In this document: positions 14,046 through 27,700 of the stretch, piece by piece
Layout: every line of letters begins with the position of its first letter
Numbering within the stretch: the stretch's first letter is position 1
Assembly (NCBI GenBank): GCA_030141605.1
Contig: JAQGDQ010000776.1
Location: forward strand, 33,670-97,669
DNA length: 64,000 nucleotides
Source: Tubiluchus corallicola
Lineage: Eukaryota; Animalia; Priapulida
Reading direction: 5' to 3'
Made by a program: the position numbers and the translations under genes
The notes under the pieces: generated by a model
Told to the model about the DNA's origin: nothing
Database searches by the model: none
What the model saw: only the letters and a program-made list of their open reading frames with translations

Positions 14046-14481
14046 AACTCAGTTTTTATGCTTTTCAAAATTCTAATAACAATATTATGACAAAATAATT
14101 AATAACATTTTTATTAGCCTTATGCAGAAGTAGGTAAAAAATATTTTTGGGGAGTATATGCAATAAACTCACACACACACACACACACACATCAGACTTT
14201 TAAAAAATATTTTTACAACTGTCGTCACACGAAATGGTGCAGTAAATGATAATTTGTCATTTGACTGAACATTATAACTTTAACGTACTCGTGTTTTTTT
14301 TCGTTTCTTATCATACTGCAAGACTTGGAAAAAATGGGTAAGAATTTTCTTAATTATATATATATGATCTCTAGGTAATTGATGATACTGATGAGGTACC
14401 TCAAGCCAAAACAAATTGTTAAAATCTTAAAGTCTGAAATTGGTATGTATGCATTACTGTATTCAACAATGATACTTTGAT

Positions 14482-14697
14482 TTACCAAGCGGTGCGCCTT
14501 CGTTTTGAGATTGAGAGTCTCAACCGTCTTAGTCGTTCACGACTCAGACCCTTAAATTTCTTCCCTCTAGTGGATGTGAAGATATATGGTATCCAGTTCC
14601 TCCTGGGTATTCTAAATTTCTTCCCTCTAATGGATCCGAAGATAGTTGGTATCCGGTTCCTCCTGGGTATTCTACTGTAAGGTAGTGTCCTGTGACG
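14482..14697 (-). CDS. Candidate terminal exon encoding an Arg-rich peptide with two RR...FxSxR-GKK units
   Basis: Acceptor ttattacag at 14698. The phase-0 frame reads RHRTLPYSRIPRRNRIPTIFGSIRGKKFRIPRRNWIPYIFTSTRGKKFKGLSRERLRRLRLSISKRRRTAW*. It has an internal 60-bp duplication, and a related copy lies at ~15030-15160. Confidence 0.35.
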   Translation of the reverse strand, partial: RHRTLPYSRIPRRNRIPTIFGSIRGKKFRIPRRNWIPYIFTSTRGKKFKGLSRERLRRLRLSISKRRRTAW

Positions 14698-14699
14698 CT

Positions 14700-14985
<286 letters not shown>

Positions 14986-15333
14986 ACAGTACTTGTAGTA
15001 ATAGCAGTAGCAGTACTTGTAGTAACAGCGGTGCGCCAAAATCGTTTTGAGAATCTCAACTGCCGTCTTCGTTTCAAGATTCAAGCCACATTTCTTCCCT
15101 CTTGTGCTTATGAAGAACCGGTTGTTCCTTGGCGTTAAAAAGAGACGGGTCCGTTGACGATGTAATAATAATAATAAACACATCACCATCATTGTCGTCG
15201 TCATCGCCATCGTCATAGTCGTCATAATCATCCTCATCATCATAACAATAAAACGTCAAACACCGAATCATCAGGTACTCTATCTTGTTAAACACCTCTG
15301 CTGGTTTGGTATCTGATCTCGATGATTAACTAC

Positions 15334-15386
15334 AGTAGTAGTAGTAGCAGTAGTAGTAGCAGTAGCAGCGGCAGCACAGCAGCATC

Positions 15387-15466
<80 letters not shown>

Positions 15467-15491
15467 GCAGTAGCAGAGCAGAGCAGCTAGC

Positions 15492-15590
<99 letters not shown>

Positions 15591-15720
15591 TAGCAGCAGC
15601 AGCAGCAGCAGCAGCACAGCAGCAGCAGCAGCAGAGTGCAGCAGCAGCAGCAACAGTAGTAGTAGTATTACTGCAGCAGCAGCAGCAGTAGTAGTATTAC
15701 TGCAGCAGCAGCAGTAATAG
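15334..15720. repeat. (CAG)n/(TAG)n trinucleotide array
   Basis: About 380 bp of interrupted CAG repeats. Confidence 0.95.
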
Positions 15721-15856
15721 TAAAATTAAAGGTCATGCTAAATTGCTGATATTGAAAATGCTAGGTGGCAAATGTCTAACTACAATTAATTTACATTAAA
15801 ACTTTAGTCTTCAAACAAATTATTAAGTCTTAAAATAGCAAACTGCCGTTACACAC

Positions 15857-16834
15857 CTTTCTTTTTGGCCGGTCTGTTGATGGTGACCCTGTTGGTGGTG
15901 TTGGTCTCGTTGGTGTTGGTGGCGTTGTTGCTGGTGTTGTTGCTGGTGTTGTTGCTGGTGATGTTGCTGGTGTTGTTGCTGGTGTTGTTGCTGGTGTTGT
16001 AGCTGGTGTTGTTGCTGGTGTTGTAGCTGGTGTTGTTGCTGGCGTTGTTGCTGGCGTTGTTGCTGGTGTTGTTGCTGGTGTTGTTGCTGGTGTTGTTGCT
16101 GGTGTTGTTGCTGGTGTTGTTGCTGGTGTTGTTGCTGGTGTTGTTGCTGGTGTTGTTGCTGGTGTTGTTGCTGGCGTTGTTGCTGGCGTTGTTGCTGGCG
16201 TTGTTGCTGGCGTTGTTGCTGGCGTTGTAGCTGGTGTTGTTGCTGGTGTTGTAGCTTGTGTTGTTGCTGGTGTTGTAGCTGGTGTTGTAGCTGGTGTTGT
16301 AGCTGGTGTTGTTGCTGGTGTTGTTGCTGGTGTTGTTGCTGGTGTTGTTGCTGGTGTTGTAGCTTGTGTTGTTGCTGGTGTTGTTGCTGGTGTTGTTGCT
16401 GGTGTTGTAGCTGGTGTTGTAGCTGGTGTTGTAGCTGGTGTTGTAGCTGGTGTTGTTGCTGGTGTTGTTGCTGGTGTTGTTGCTGGTGTTGTTGCTGGTG
16501 TTGTAGCTGGTGTTGTTGCTGGTGTTGTAGCTGGTGTTGTTGCTGGTGTTGTAGCTTGTGTTGTTGCTGGTGTTGTTGCTGGTGTTGTAGCTGGTGTTGT
16601 AGCTGGTGTTGTTGCTGGTGTTGTTGCTGGTGTTGTTGCTGGTGTTGTTGCTGGTGTTGTAGCTGGTGTTGTTGCTGGTGTTGTTGCTGGTGTTGTTGCT
16701 GGTGTTGTTGCTGGTGTTGTAGCTGGTGTTGTTGCTGGTGTTGTTGCTGGTGTTGTAGCTGGTGTTGTTGCTGGTGTTGTTGCAGGTGTTGTTGCTGGTG
16801 TTGTTGCTGCTGTTGTTGGTGGCATTGTTGGTGC
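15857..16834 (-). CDS. Mucin-like Thr/Pro/Ala repeat exon, (TTPA)n, roughly 75 units
   Basis: Strong acceptor ttattttcttttacag at 16835 and candidate donor AAG|GTGTGT at 15856. Most 12-bp unit variants (GCA/GCT, ACA/ACG, CCA/CCT) are synonymous only in the TTPA frame. The upstream exon was not identified. Confidence 0.6.
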
Positions 16835-16861
16835 TGTAAAAGAAAATAAAGTTGCAAAATG

Positions 16862-17347
16862 AGCTGCACATCTAACCTACAATACCTAGATACCTGTGAA
16901 AAAATTCTAATTCTAATTTCTAAACAGCTGCACATCTAACCTACAATACCTAGATAATTGTGAAAAAATTCTAATTCTAATTTTTGAACAGCTGCACATC
17001 TAACATACAATACCTAGATACTTGTGAAAAAATTCTAATTCTAATTTCTAAACAGCTGCACATCTAACCTACAATACCTAGATACCTGTGAAAAAAATTC
17101 TAATTCTAATTTCTAAACAGCTGCACATCTAACCTACAATCAATACCTAGATACCTGTGAAAAAAATTCTAATTCTAATTTTTAAACAGCTGCACATCTA
17201 ACCTACAATACCTAGATACCTGTGAAAAAAATTCTAATTCTAATTTTTAAACAGCTGCACATCTAACCTACAATACCTAGATACCTGTGAAAAAAATTCT
17301 AATTCTAATTTCTAAACAGCTGCACATCTAACCTACAACACCTAGAT
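16862..17347. repeat. ~65-bp tandem repeat, about 7.5 copies
   Basis: Unit cagctgcacatctaacctacaatacctagatacctgtgaaaaaaattctaattctaatttctaaa. Confidence 0.92.
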
Positions 17348-17627
17348 AGTTGAGTCAGGGTGAGTAGGCCTATATTCCTCCCTCAGCGAGGTAAATTCCG
17401 CGGACAACATGTTGATGATGTAACCAAAATATTGTTGTTTTCGGAGAAAATAAACGATCAGCCTAAAGTCCCAAGGACTTTCACTACGGCTCCGGAGATA
17501 GTAAATGGTAAAAAGAGTTAGTGTTAGACTAGGACTGACAATGCTAATTTTGGTCATCAAGTACGCGCAGTAATCTCTCGGCTGTTCCTAAATGGTGCAA
17601 GTGGAACAGAACTGCTATATTACTTAC

Positions 17628-17875
17628 CTGTATTTCTCATAGAAACCAGCCATGCACGTCTTGCATTTGAATCGCTGGTATTTCTTCAATTTGTGCACAT
17701 TTGCCAAATGCCTTTTCAAATGATCAGAACGGTGGAATCTATATCCACACCGAAGGCACTCGTTCGTTCCAGTGTGATCTTGGTCACAGTTTATATTATG
17801 CGACTGAAATGCATCTTGACTAAAAGTTCGTTGACACTTTGGACACTTCTTCACGGTGAGCATTTTTTCATCCAT
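17628..17875 (-). CDS. C2H2 zinc-finger protein, first coding exon (paralog 1)
   Basis: MDEKMLTVKKCPKC...H...C, then CLRCGYRFHRSDHLKRHLANVH. A third finger CKTCMAGFYEKY is cut by a consensus phase-2 donor AG|GTAAGT at 17627. Downstream exons not resolved. Confidence 0.75.
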
Positions 17876-18999
17876 TTATTAAATCTAGTGGCTACCATAC
17901 ACTGTTGCTACCACAATTGAAGTACAAGCATAAATGTCAGTGATAAGCAGCTTTCGCTTTGAAATGAAAGTTTTAGACGGCCTCAACTTTGCTGCAGTTT
18001 GTTAGGTTTCAGCTCTGAAATGTATTGCACAGCGACCAGCAACGGTAACGCGGACAGCGATCCCAACATTAAAACTCGGAGCTTAGTGCTGTAATTAGCA
18101 CCACCCACCATGCCGCTGGCAAAAGTTGCTTTTACGACCGCTGATCTAAATGCGTCATGCATGGCCTGTAATTGGACATAAATTTTCCTCATCTGAGTTG
18201 GACATATTTTCCGCATCTTCCCTCATCATATGTTATTTTTCATCTTCTTTATATAAGCAAGAGCGTACAATGAAGCGGCGTAACTAAGACGGGAGAGGGG
18301 CGATCCGCCCCGAGCGGCACTTCCCAGAAGGTGGCATTTTGACCAAGAAAAATAAAAAAGTTGATTCTGTCAGAACAGTGGAACAGCAAAACACATGACA
18401 ATTTTATTTTCCACGAAAGTGCTGCTTACAGGGATAGCGAACATGATAAAATTATTGGTAAATTAACTTTTACTATTGTTATTAGTAAAAATTATTCAGT
18501 AATTTTTGAATATATCCATCAAAATCAAAATTAAAATATCTTTGTTTAGCATAATTACTTGTGGATATGTTAAAGTAATTATTAGACATGCGTTAAACAT
18601 ATCCACAAGTAATTATACCAATCAAAGATTGTTTTGAAGTAATCACAAAAACCTTTATTTTAAATTCAACAAGGTTTATGAAAGTAAAAGACGTGGCGAT
18701 TTCTTCGCTTCCTATGAACAGACTAAAAACGTGCTTAATTCTGATTGGCTGACCTACTAAATGCATATAATGAAGCCAAGTTTTACAGGCAATTTTAAAT
18801 AAGTACAACCTTAGATTAAAGGGCAGGCAGAGAGAAATCTTCCGAACAAAGACATTTTAAATCACATTTTGATTTGCGACTCTTTACGACACTAATCTCC
18901 ACATTATCTTTGGAATATTTTGACGAAAATAATCGTTTATTCTACTTCATTCAACTGTTACGATGTTCAAAATTTCCCGATAAACATACCGACGTTTTA

Positions 19000-19884
19000 G
19001 AAGTCACTCCAGAATGGTCCTCAACTACCGTTATAACACTCTTTTTACAATACTATTTGGAGAAGCCTTTGAACATCATAACTATCCATCATGAACTTAT
19101 TAAGGATAAAATAATACCTGGCTGGAACGAATTCGTTTCAGAAAAACACAGGCACTTTCGTCAATGTTTTTTAAATTGGTGTGCGGATGGCCAGCCTCTG
19201 AATGGGTTTATCGCTAATAAAATGCGCCTGGCACGTTCAAGCGTTGCGTGAATGCAAGATCCAAGATAAAACAATTGTCGCTGATAAAATTGCGTATAAG
19301 CTTATGAGCTGTAATTCTTATGAATTTTGGGCCATGATAAAAAGAGAAGCTAATACAAAAATCCCTCTGCCTCCTAAAATAGATGAAGTTTCATGCGACA
19401 AGGCTACATATAGGAGAAGCACCACAAAGAGATTTTAAATTCTGTAAATAACGGTGATCTTGCGGCAAAACTAGATGTGAAGTTAAGTAGCAGCATGGGT
19501 GCGTTGAGTTCTTTCACTATGGGAGAAGTGCAAGAGGCCATTTCAAAACAAACTCTGCACGAATTGGCTCAAAATGATTCAATTAAATCGGAGCATTTTA
19601 GCTTTTAGGTATGCTTCACATATGCTGCCAACAGTATTATCGCTTTTATATAGCGCTTGTATCACACATTGTTTTTTGCCTAATTCTCAAATGCTGTATG
19701 TCATAATACCGACTGTGAAAGACAAAAATAAGGAAATTACAGCCAAGAATAATCACAGGCCAATAGCACTATCCAGTGTCGAGTCGAGCAAACTACTATA
19801 AATTTTGTTTTTAAACAGATACAGTAATTCAACTCACCAAGTCAGTTTGGTTACGTGGATGAACTGGGTACCGAAATGTGTTTG
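19000..19884 (+). mobile_element. Decayed non-LTR retrotransposon (L2/CR1-group LINE) ORF2, 5' fragment
   Basis: Frameshifted peptides IIPGWNEFV...WCADGQP..G...MR, EFWAMIK, IIPTVKDKNKEITAKNNHRPIALS and QFGY...GTEMC, ending abruptly at the LTR-like insertion. Confidence 0.7.
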
Positions 19885-21272
19885 TGTGGTGAATAAATTT
19901 ATAAATCGATGATTTTCGATATTTTGGTATAAGGTTGCCTGCCTCCCTGATTGCATGAATAAATTTACAGATAATGCAATAAGAAACTCACTCAGCTGAA
20001 AGCCCGGATTTAATGAACTGTAAACAGCGTAGGTTGTCAGAACTAAAAATAGCGTTTACGTCAGGACACTCTAAGATGCTTAAGATAATTAGCTAACATT
20101 AAGTCGAGACGGATGTACCGTTCATAATGAGCGTTATGCACAAATTGCTAGTAATTAACAAAACTCTGCGAGGTCATTGTTTTTTGAAGAAAGAACACGG
20201 ATACGTTTTACGGGCGTATAATGACTGCGTCTTCAAAACTTGTCCCATAAATTTTGATACCTCATGCGACGTTTTAAATGTTGCATGCTATGTTGCAATT
20301 GTGGAAGGTTACTGCAAGGTTACTCCAACGAAATATAAGCCCCGAGTTCGAATAACTCAGGGCTAGTTCCAGCCAGTACATCTCGAAAAGTACTGGAACA
20401 AGACACGTGCTGTGTGTGTACGGGAAATCACACGGAGGGCTGTTCGATCAACAAGACAACTCCTGAAGTTCAGCGTAGACATCTTTCTGCGTTCCTAGGA
20501 TACTCTGGGCACTGAGCAACGGAAGTCTTATATCAGCTATCGGAATTGACCAGATTGTACTAGGTACATTGGGTCAAATCCGCAGAGTTAAGTAATCTTA
20601 ACATATTGGTAAAACTGAGAATTAACTGTGCATATCGTTAGTAGTTCGTATAAGTTCACATTGTACTATAGTGAGGATAAGTGTAAAGTATACACCTTAG
20701 GTGATAGGAATTAGGAATTGAAGAATTGTTCAGAGAGATACTTTTGGGAAGCTAACAAAATAGTTGTGAGCGTCAAAAGCGCTTAAGGACTAAATCTTGT
20801 AAGATATACTTAAGCCGTAATTATTGTAAATCAATAAAACAATTCTCTTTGACATTTAAAGTGTGAGTTAATGTATGTTATCAGTGTTTAACTCAAGCAA
20901 CACTATTTCCGATATACGAATCTGATTAGTTCGCTTTGAATTAACTATCGTCCATATTGCGGGGGCGTAGCTAGGAAACTTGAGAGATATAGACCTTTTC
21001 TCACAACGCGAAGGTCAAGGTGAAGTTTAGATAAGACGATCATTGCTTACTAGACTGATATCCAAAGCTCTCGGAGTCAGGTGAAGGATTCACCTTATAG
21101 CATTTACGAGTTAAGCGGACATATTAAATTCAATCTATACGATACATAGATTTAAGTCACCTTACACTATATGATCTAGATTAACAGAAACATTAGGCAT
21201 TTTAATTTAAGAAGGTGATATTTGTATACCATAAAAGAAGTTATTACATTCAACGTCAGAGTCCAATACACA
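19885..21272 (+). mobile_element. LTR-like element A (solo-LTR candidate, ~1.4 kb)
   Basis: Starts TGTGGTGAATAAATTTATAAATCGATG and ends ...ACACA. Colinear similarity to 21545-22998 along its whole length. Internal AATAAA near 20833 and no coding capacity. Confidence 0.6.
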
Positions 21273-23665
21273 TGTTATGAATAAATTTCGGAAAATGAAT
21301 TTCGGTAAATATTAATTGAGTTATCAGATGAATTTGATTCAGATGATAAACTCGCGCCTCCCTGACTTTGTCAAGGAAATTTATACAGATTGAATAGGAA
21401 ACTCACCCAGCTGGCGCTAGAATTTAATGAGTTAAAATTGTCACACGATAGTAGAAGGACAGATGTAGAATTCGATAAGACACTGTTGTTTAAGCAGTAT
21501 GCATGCAGAGTAGAAGACAATAAGTAGAAGGTCACTAGCGATTATGTGGTGAATAAATTTATAAATCGATGATTTGGTAATAAATCTCATGCCTCCCTGA
21601 TTTTATAAAATAAATTTATTGATCGATGTAAGAACTCACCCATCTGACACGCCCGGATTTAATGAGCTGTAAAAGCGAAGGTATATCTGTGAGAAATGTA
21701 AGATTTATCGTTTGCTTTAAGGCCACTAGGATGCTAGGAGCAGTTAGGTAATGTTAGGTGTGGACCGAAATGTCATTTGTTATAGCTATATGCATAGTTA
21801 CATATAATTAACAGAAACTCTGCGAAGGTAACTGTTTTTCGTTGAAAAGAGGATTGATAGTCTTTACGGGTGTTGGCGACGTCAAGGACAGGAAGTTCTG
21901 AAGGAACTTGCCGACATAAAGAAATTCGAAGTCCACCCTGCTGACCATAAATCGTAGTCAGGGATATCCGATGATGTCACCTGTCGCCTGATTGCGTGCG
22001 ACGCAAATTACGCAAGGTCAGCTCTTCGGGAATATAAGCTCTGAGTTTTAGGAACTCAGCGCTCTTTCAATCGGACATTCAGTGGAAGAGACACGCTAGT
22101 GTGCGACACGAAGTCACACACGTATCAGAGGAGAATCTGACAGGGAACTGAGACAGCATCGTTCGATTCCAGCGTGGACATTTCTGCGTTCTCAGCGATA
22201 GACTGAGCACTGGACAACGAGAGTCTCATATTATCAACTGGAGTAGACCAAGTGTACGGGGTGCATTGTGGTCAATCCGCAGAGTTAAGTAATCTTAACG
22301 CATTTGTAACTGAGAGTAACTGTGCATAACTGTAGTTCACATGAGTTCACATTGTATCATATTATGAATTTCACATTGTAATGCGAAGAGCACCTTAAGT
22401 GCTATATTGGAGGAATTGTCAAGTGAAATACTTAAGAGACTTTTGGGAGCTATACATTAATTGTAAGCGTCACAAGCGGATAAGGACGAATCGTGTAAAG
22501 CTACCTAGGAGAAGTACCTTTTGTAAACCAATAAAGTTAGTTCACTTTGACATATAACGATTGAGTTTATGTATGATATAAGTGTGTTCAGAGTTAAGCA
22601 ACACTATATCCGTGATACGAATCTGACAGGTTCGCATTAATTAACTAACGCTCGATTGCGGGAGCGGTGCTCGGAAGCTTGAGGGAAGTAGACCTTCACT
22701 CACAACGCAAAGGTCGAGGTGAAGTCTTGAGAGTTAAGATTATCGCTCGATAGACTAATATCTAAAGCCCTCGGAGCCAGGTGATGAAATTGCCTTGCAG
22801 CAAATAGATAATAAAGCGAACATATTAAATTAAAATACAATCTATATAATATATAGATATAAATATATAAATCACTTCGCACTATACGATCGAGATAAAC
22901 AGAAAACGATAAGTACTAAAAAGGGAAAGTGATAATTAGTTGTCGCGTGCAGGGAAGATAATTAAAAGAGCCAAGGTAGTATCAGTGCTCATCGAACATT
23001 AAAATGAAATCAGAAGTTGTGCCGCCCAGATGGTGCGGAAGAAGTCAAACGGCGGAATTTAGGAACAGTCATTATTGGTTATAAAATCAGAAAGTGAAAG
23101 AGTTAGCCGCTGTCCAGGAGGTAGAGTGTTGCCAGATGGTGCAATACCACGAAGGTCAGACTTTTGAGATATAAACTCAGGAAAAATATTCCAACGACAC
23201 ACAACGGGGTGACGTGAGAGTCACATACGCAAGGAGGGAAGTCTGACAGTGGTTGCTGCCATATCGTGTTGTGTCCGGGACATCTTCTGAGAGATAGAAG
23301 CAACGTTGGCCCAGCGTGGAGGAACAATCTACGTACTTAGCATAGACTGAGCACTGGTGCTACGTAGTCTCGATAGGAAACAGGGATTTGGCCAATAGCA
23401 GTGGTACATTGGCCAATCCGCAAGTTAAGTGTTTTAACTTATCTATTTTGTATTTTGTATCTGATACAGTTGTAACCGAAATGTTGTATGAATTAAGCAC
23501 GTTCAGTGCATCATACCAATATCGTAGATCAGTAAGTAGATAGCATCTTCTCTGGAGCTAGACATTAGTTGTAAACGCCCACCGGCATATAAGGGCAAAT
23601 CTTGTATTGGAACCAGAGGTGATTAAATTGTAAACTGTAAAGTTCAATAAAGTCTATTCGCTAAA
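21273..23665 (+). mobile_element. LTR-like element C (more diverged family member), split by element B
   Basis: The 5' part 21273-21544 starts TGTTATGAATAAATTT and shares aaactcacccagctg. The 3' part ~22999-23665 shares ccagcgtgga, gactgagcactgg, aatccgca.agttaagt and caataaagt with A and B. Confidence 0.5.
21545..22998 (+). mobile_element. LTR-like element B (solo-LTR candidate, ~1.45 kb)
   Basis: Same start as A (TGTGGTGAATAAATTTATAAATCGATGATTT). Shared blocks include tccgcagagttaagtaatcttaac and gatacgaatctga. The 3' end is approximate (...atcgaaCA). Confidence 0.6.
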
Positions 23666-23669
23666 CTAC

Positions 23670-23826
23670 TATAAGTCGTCGGTAAACTACTATAAACTGT
23701 TTCTAAAACTGTTCGATACCAATATGCCCAACATCATTATACGATTATTAGCCTTTTACTACTCTCAACAAACGATGTTTGTGAGGTGGCGAAATTTTTG
23801 CTCTAGCACATTTAAAGTCGCAAAGC
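23670..23826 (+). mobile_element. Continuation of the interrupted LINE RT
   Basis: Reads KLFDTNMPNIIIRLLAFYYSQQTMFVRWRNFCSSTFKVA, the RT segment that lies between the FD motif and GVRQG. Confidence 0.65.
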
Positions 23827-24787
23827 ACTTTCTGCTTTAGTCTGGCTTTGATGATACACACGTTTTCGATATCGAGTTGACAAACGTGGGACAATATGCG
23901 GCCCAAAATGTGTAATTAAAATCCGTTAAAAGCACGGAATTGAAAAAAAAACAAATTAAAAAATCTGCATTAAAACAAAAACTCTTATTACCATGCTTCA
24001 TTGGATTTTAAGACTTAACTGGATCTCCAAATAGTGCACAAAACATACTGAAAAGTAAACTGTTACCAAACAAATGACTTAGATATTATTTCTATTACAG
24101 CAAATATAATTTGAAAAATCATACAATTTATTTAAACATACAAAAGCGTTGTAATACTGAGTGTAATGAAATAACAGATAATTATAAAATTTACTGCAAA
24201 TACGGTATCGATTGAATAAAAATTTTTGTGAACAATTTCGACTGTGTATGTTTTAAGGCAGTCTGCCTAACAAACTTAAAAGTGATCTTGAGATAATTAG
24301 AGCACGTGTGATAAAGTACAACTGTTCTATATTAATGGTAATAAATGAAATAATACGTGTGTTATAAAAACAAACTATTTTACTAATGTTTGAGTCAACT
24401 ATGTACATATAACACAAGTTATGAAGTGAGAAAAAAGATACAAACAGAAATATTTGTATTTTATACTTGTGCTTGAAAGTTTGTGCAAAAATTAAAGAAC
24501 ACGTAATTTACTGATCACGTTGCTTTAACTGAAAGAGAGAAAATTAAAAACAAACAATAAGCCTTGCATGTGCCTTTTATATTAGCAATATACTCTGTTA
24601 CCCCCGCTTTCCTATGTATGTACCTACATGTATGTCTATCTACTTTTATTGCCAATATATCTACTCGTTCAAGAAATTCCCAACATGATAGAATTATTGT
24701 TCAGTACACTTGCCATTAAGTTATACAGGCACTTGCTTTCAAAAACACATGACAAAATCTAAGTCAGATTTGCAGTTCAGCAATCTT

Positions 24788-27700
24788 TCACAGTAGCGCT
24801 TTACTTTCAGGAGGTGCTCTGATCATTGTGAAACAATCAGTGTTCAACTCAAAAGTCACATGGTTCACAGGAATGATTTCAGCAGGGCACATTCCATACT
24901 CTCGATGTGATTCTAACAACGACACATTTGCAAAAGGTATGCCACACAAACATGTACGGAAAATGTGCTGATCTACTAGATGTTGCCGTAGCTCAACCAC
25001 TCGTTTGAAAGATGTTTGACAAAGTTTACACAAAAACTGATACTGACATTCGCAGAGGTCTTCTGGCTCAATGGCGTAGAAGTTACCATCAGAGTAAATC
25101 TTGCCACAGGAACGGCACAGCTGAGTCTGATGAATGAACGTGGACCTAGTTTGTGGTTTCGCACAGGCCACCTAGATAAGTAAAATGGGAAAAATTAAGA
25201 TCAGAAAATTAAGAATCAACAGTAAGTTGGTTTGCTCAAAGCTTGACAAGAACATTAGTTAAGTTATATGTTTAAGTTGCAGATGTGGCACAGTGGTCTA
25301 GTTTTAAAACTATATTCAAAGTGTTTCTGCCCTTTTTTAGGGTCAATGCTATACAGAGTTCGTGTCGTGCTTACCGGGTTTCAAAGTGCCCCAAAAGAAG
25401 CATGCTACAGGGTTACAGCTGGTTCAAACCCTCCTGATATACTAGTTAATCTGGTAAATTCTGTCCCAGACACTTCAGGCAGGATTCATACCCAAACAAA
25501 AGAATTGCATGTTGTGCAAAAGATGTGTACACCTTATGCGCTGCATTTAAAACAGCATACCTACAGCTCTTCTAAGACCCTCTGGAAACAAAAAGATTAT
25601 AATTAGGGATTGTCATGCTACCTATGCCCTTTAGAGTATGTTTATTTTTTCAGTATTTGATCATCACAGGGCAACATTATAATCAACACATTTCTTCAAG
25701 TCTTTTAGCATTTTTAGCTGACACTTGTCCACATTGGCCATTACTGTTGATGCAGTACACAACACCGGCTCTACACCAACATTAACGACAAACTTTTTGC
25801 ACATTTTCAAAATGACAGAAAGGCAGAACTAAATTTTTGCAAAATTTCACCTTTTAATTTAATTTTTCGATAATGTTAAAGTTTCTTATGTATATCTAAA
25901 ATAGCCAAGAATTCATTTATTATCCCAAATTTAATCACAAACCTACTGGCTTCACTGTTTTGCACTATGCTAATATTTTCGCTTTGAGCTTAAGATAAGT
26001 AAACTACTAAAAGAGACAATACAGTTGATCTTGACATTGACATTCAAGGTCGCTTTTCACTAGGGAGTTAATAATGCATATAATTTATACCAATGCGCAT
26101 TATTATATCTCAAGGCTATTTATCTGAAACCAAGCCAAAAAAGCTTGTTACACTGGTCATGCAACACTATCAGATGAATGGTCATATGAAGCTCTTGATT
26201 TTGACTTTGAAACTGATGGTCAATAAGGTGTTAGGCTGAAAAACATAATGAAAATTTCACGTTATACTTTTGAGTCATCTGTTGGTAGTGATAGGAGGGA
26301 GAACATCACTATGGTCCTTGGAAATTATGTTGACTTACCTGAAGGGGTTGGTAGAATACTACCACTGTGTGTTAAGCCAAAATTTGGCTAGTAGGACTGA
26401 CTTCCAGCAGTGCTGTATAGTTAGTATTTTTGTTTCTTTATCATACCAGCTGTATATGTACTCTACAAACATCTTTAAAATAATTCGTGCTAAAATTAAG
26501 CTCACCCTTTTCTCTGGAAAAATTCCTGACATCTGTCCGCCAGGAAATGCAGAAAATGACTGACAACCCATGTTTGAAAATGGCTCCTCATTTCTTTCAG
26601 AGCAGCTAGTATTGACACTATCACACGAAACCATCTCAGTCTTAGATTGTTTAAGTTCACTGCTTTTAGTGGCCACTTGGCAATTTGGTACATCATCAAA
26701 ATTATCACAATCACTAGATTCATCCTTATCCATGTTCAAGTTTCTCATGGTGTTTTCTGTTTCTGTGTAGTTCCCAAAATCCTCCACAGTTTCATATTCT
26801 GTTTTTATGTTAGTTTTGTTTGTCAGGATGTTCTCAATTTTTTTCGCAATAAACCCGCTCAGTTTTTTGTCTAGAACATTTCTAACTGCAACAATCTGGT
26901 CACTTTTGGTTAATGTTGCACTAGTTATAATGCTCCTCAATGTTGCAAAAGGTGCATCAGTACTTTCATCTGGCTGAGTATGGCTAACTTCTGGGATGCT
27001 TTCATATTTGAGGTTTGTCTTGGCAAGTGACTGTCGCTGGCACATGGTCTCATTGTTTACTTGATCGTTGGCATGCTCCCCTTCATTGTTGGGGTAAATA
27101 GTAGGATATCCATGAAAACGAATGCATTGTAGCATGTGTGCACGTACTTGCTTAGCAGAAGTGTAGCATTTAGCTTTCTTGCAGCCTGTGCAATGCACAG
27201 GTCTATCCCGATGGGAACTGTCCACATGTCTCTCAAACCATTCCCATTTTTCATACCGTAAACCACACAGACAATAGTACTTGGTGACTCGTTCATCGTT
27301 TGTTTTATTTCCTGACGTGTTTACTTTTGACTTTAATAAACCTTTTTGAACCTGAAATGCTTTCTTCGAAAATGCTGTTTTTCGCTTGCCGCAAACATGG
27401 TTTGCTAACCTAAAATGGTAAAAGGTAAATGACAACAGCGCGAAAATAAAGTTTTACAGACCAACTTCCTGTAGCCACTGCTGGTATCAAAACTTGACAG
27501 CAACTGGATTGAAACTTTGTCTAAGCGTGATAAAATTTTGCAATAAAACTATCATTTGGAAAACTTAACTTTAAACAGAAATAAACTATCTACAACAGCC
27601 AGAGAAGAATTAAATCACCATAAGCATCACATTGAACGGTAGATGCTTTTGACCAGTAACAGAGTTTGTCTTAAATATTGCAGCATTATTCACAATAGTG

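Noticed and set aside
13566-14047. Heptad-repeat ORFs resembling a coiled coil or leucine zipper
   Set aside because: A by-product of a 21-bp minisatellite. Frames contain stops and there is no splice support.
15322-15717. PolyQ/polyA/polyS ORF from the CAG array
   Set aside because: Frame-switching interruptions and no unique coding sequence or supporting exon structure. It is a microsatellite.
16862-17347. Regular ~65-bp repeats as a CRISPR-like array
   Set aside because: Head-to-tail units with no unique spacers, in a eukaryotic context with no cas genes. The same applies to 36636-37322 and 55525-57930.
26339-26505. Extra zinc-finger exon ending at the consensus donor at 26338
   Set aside because: All frames from the nearby acceptors hit stop codons, and exon 2 joins exon 3 in phase without it.
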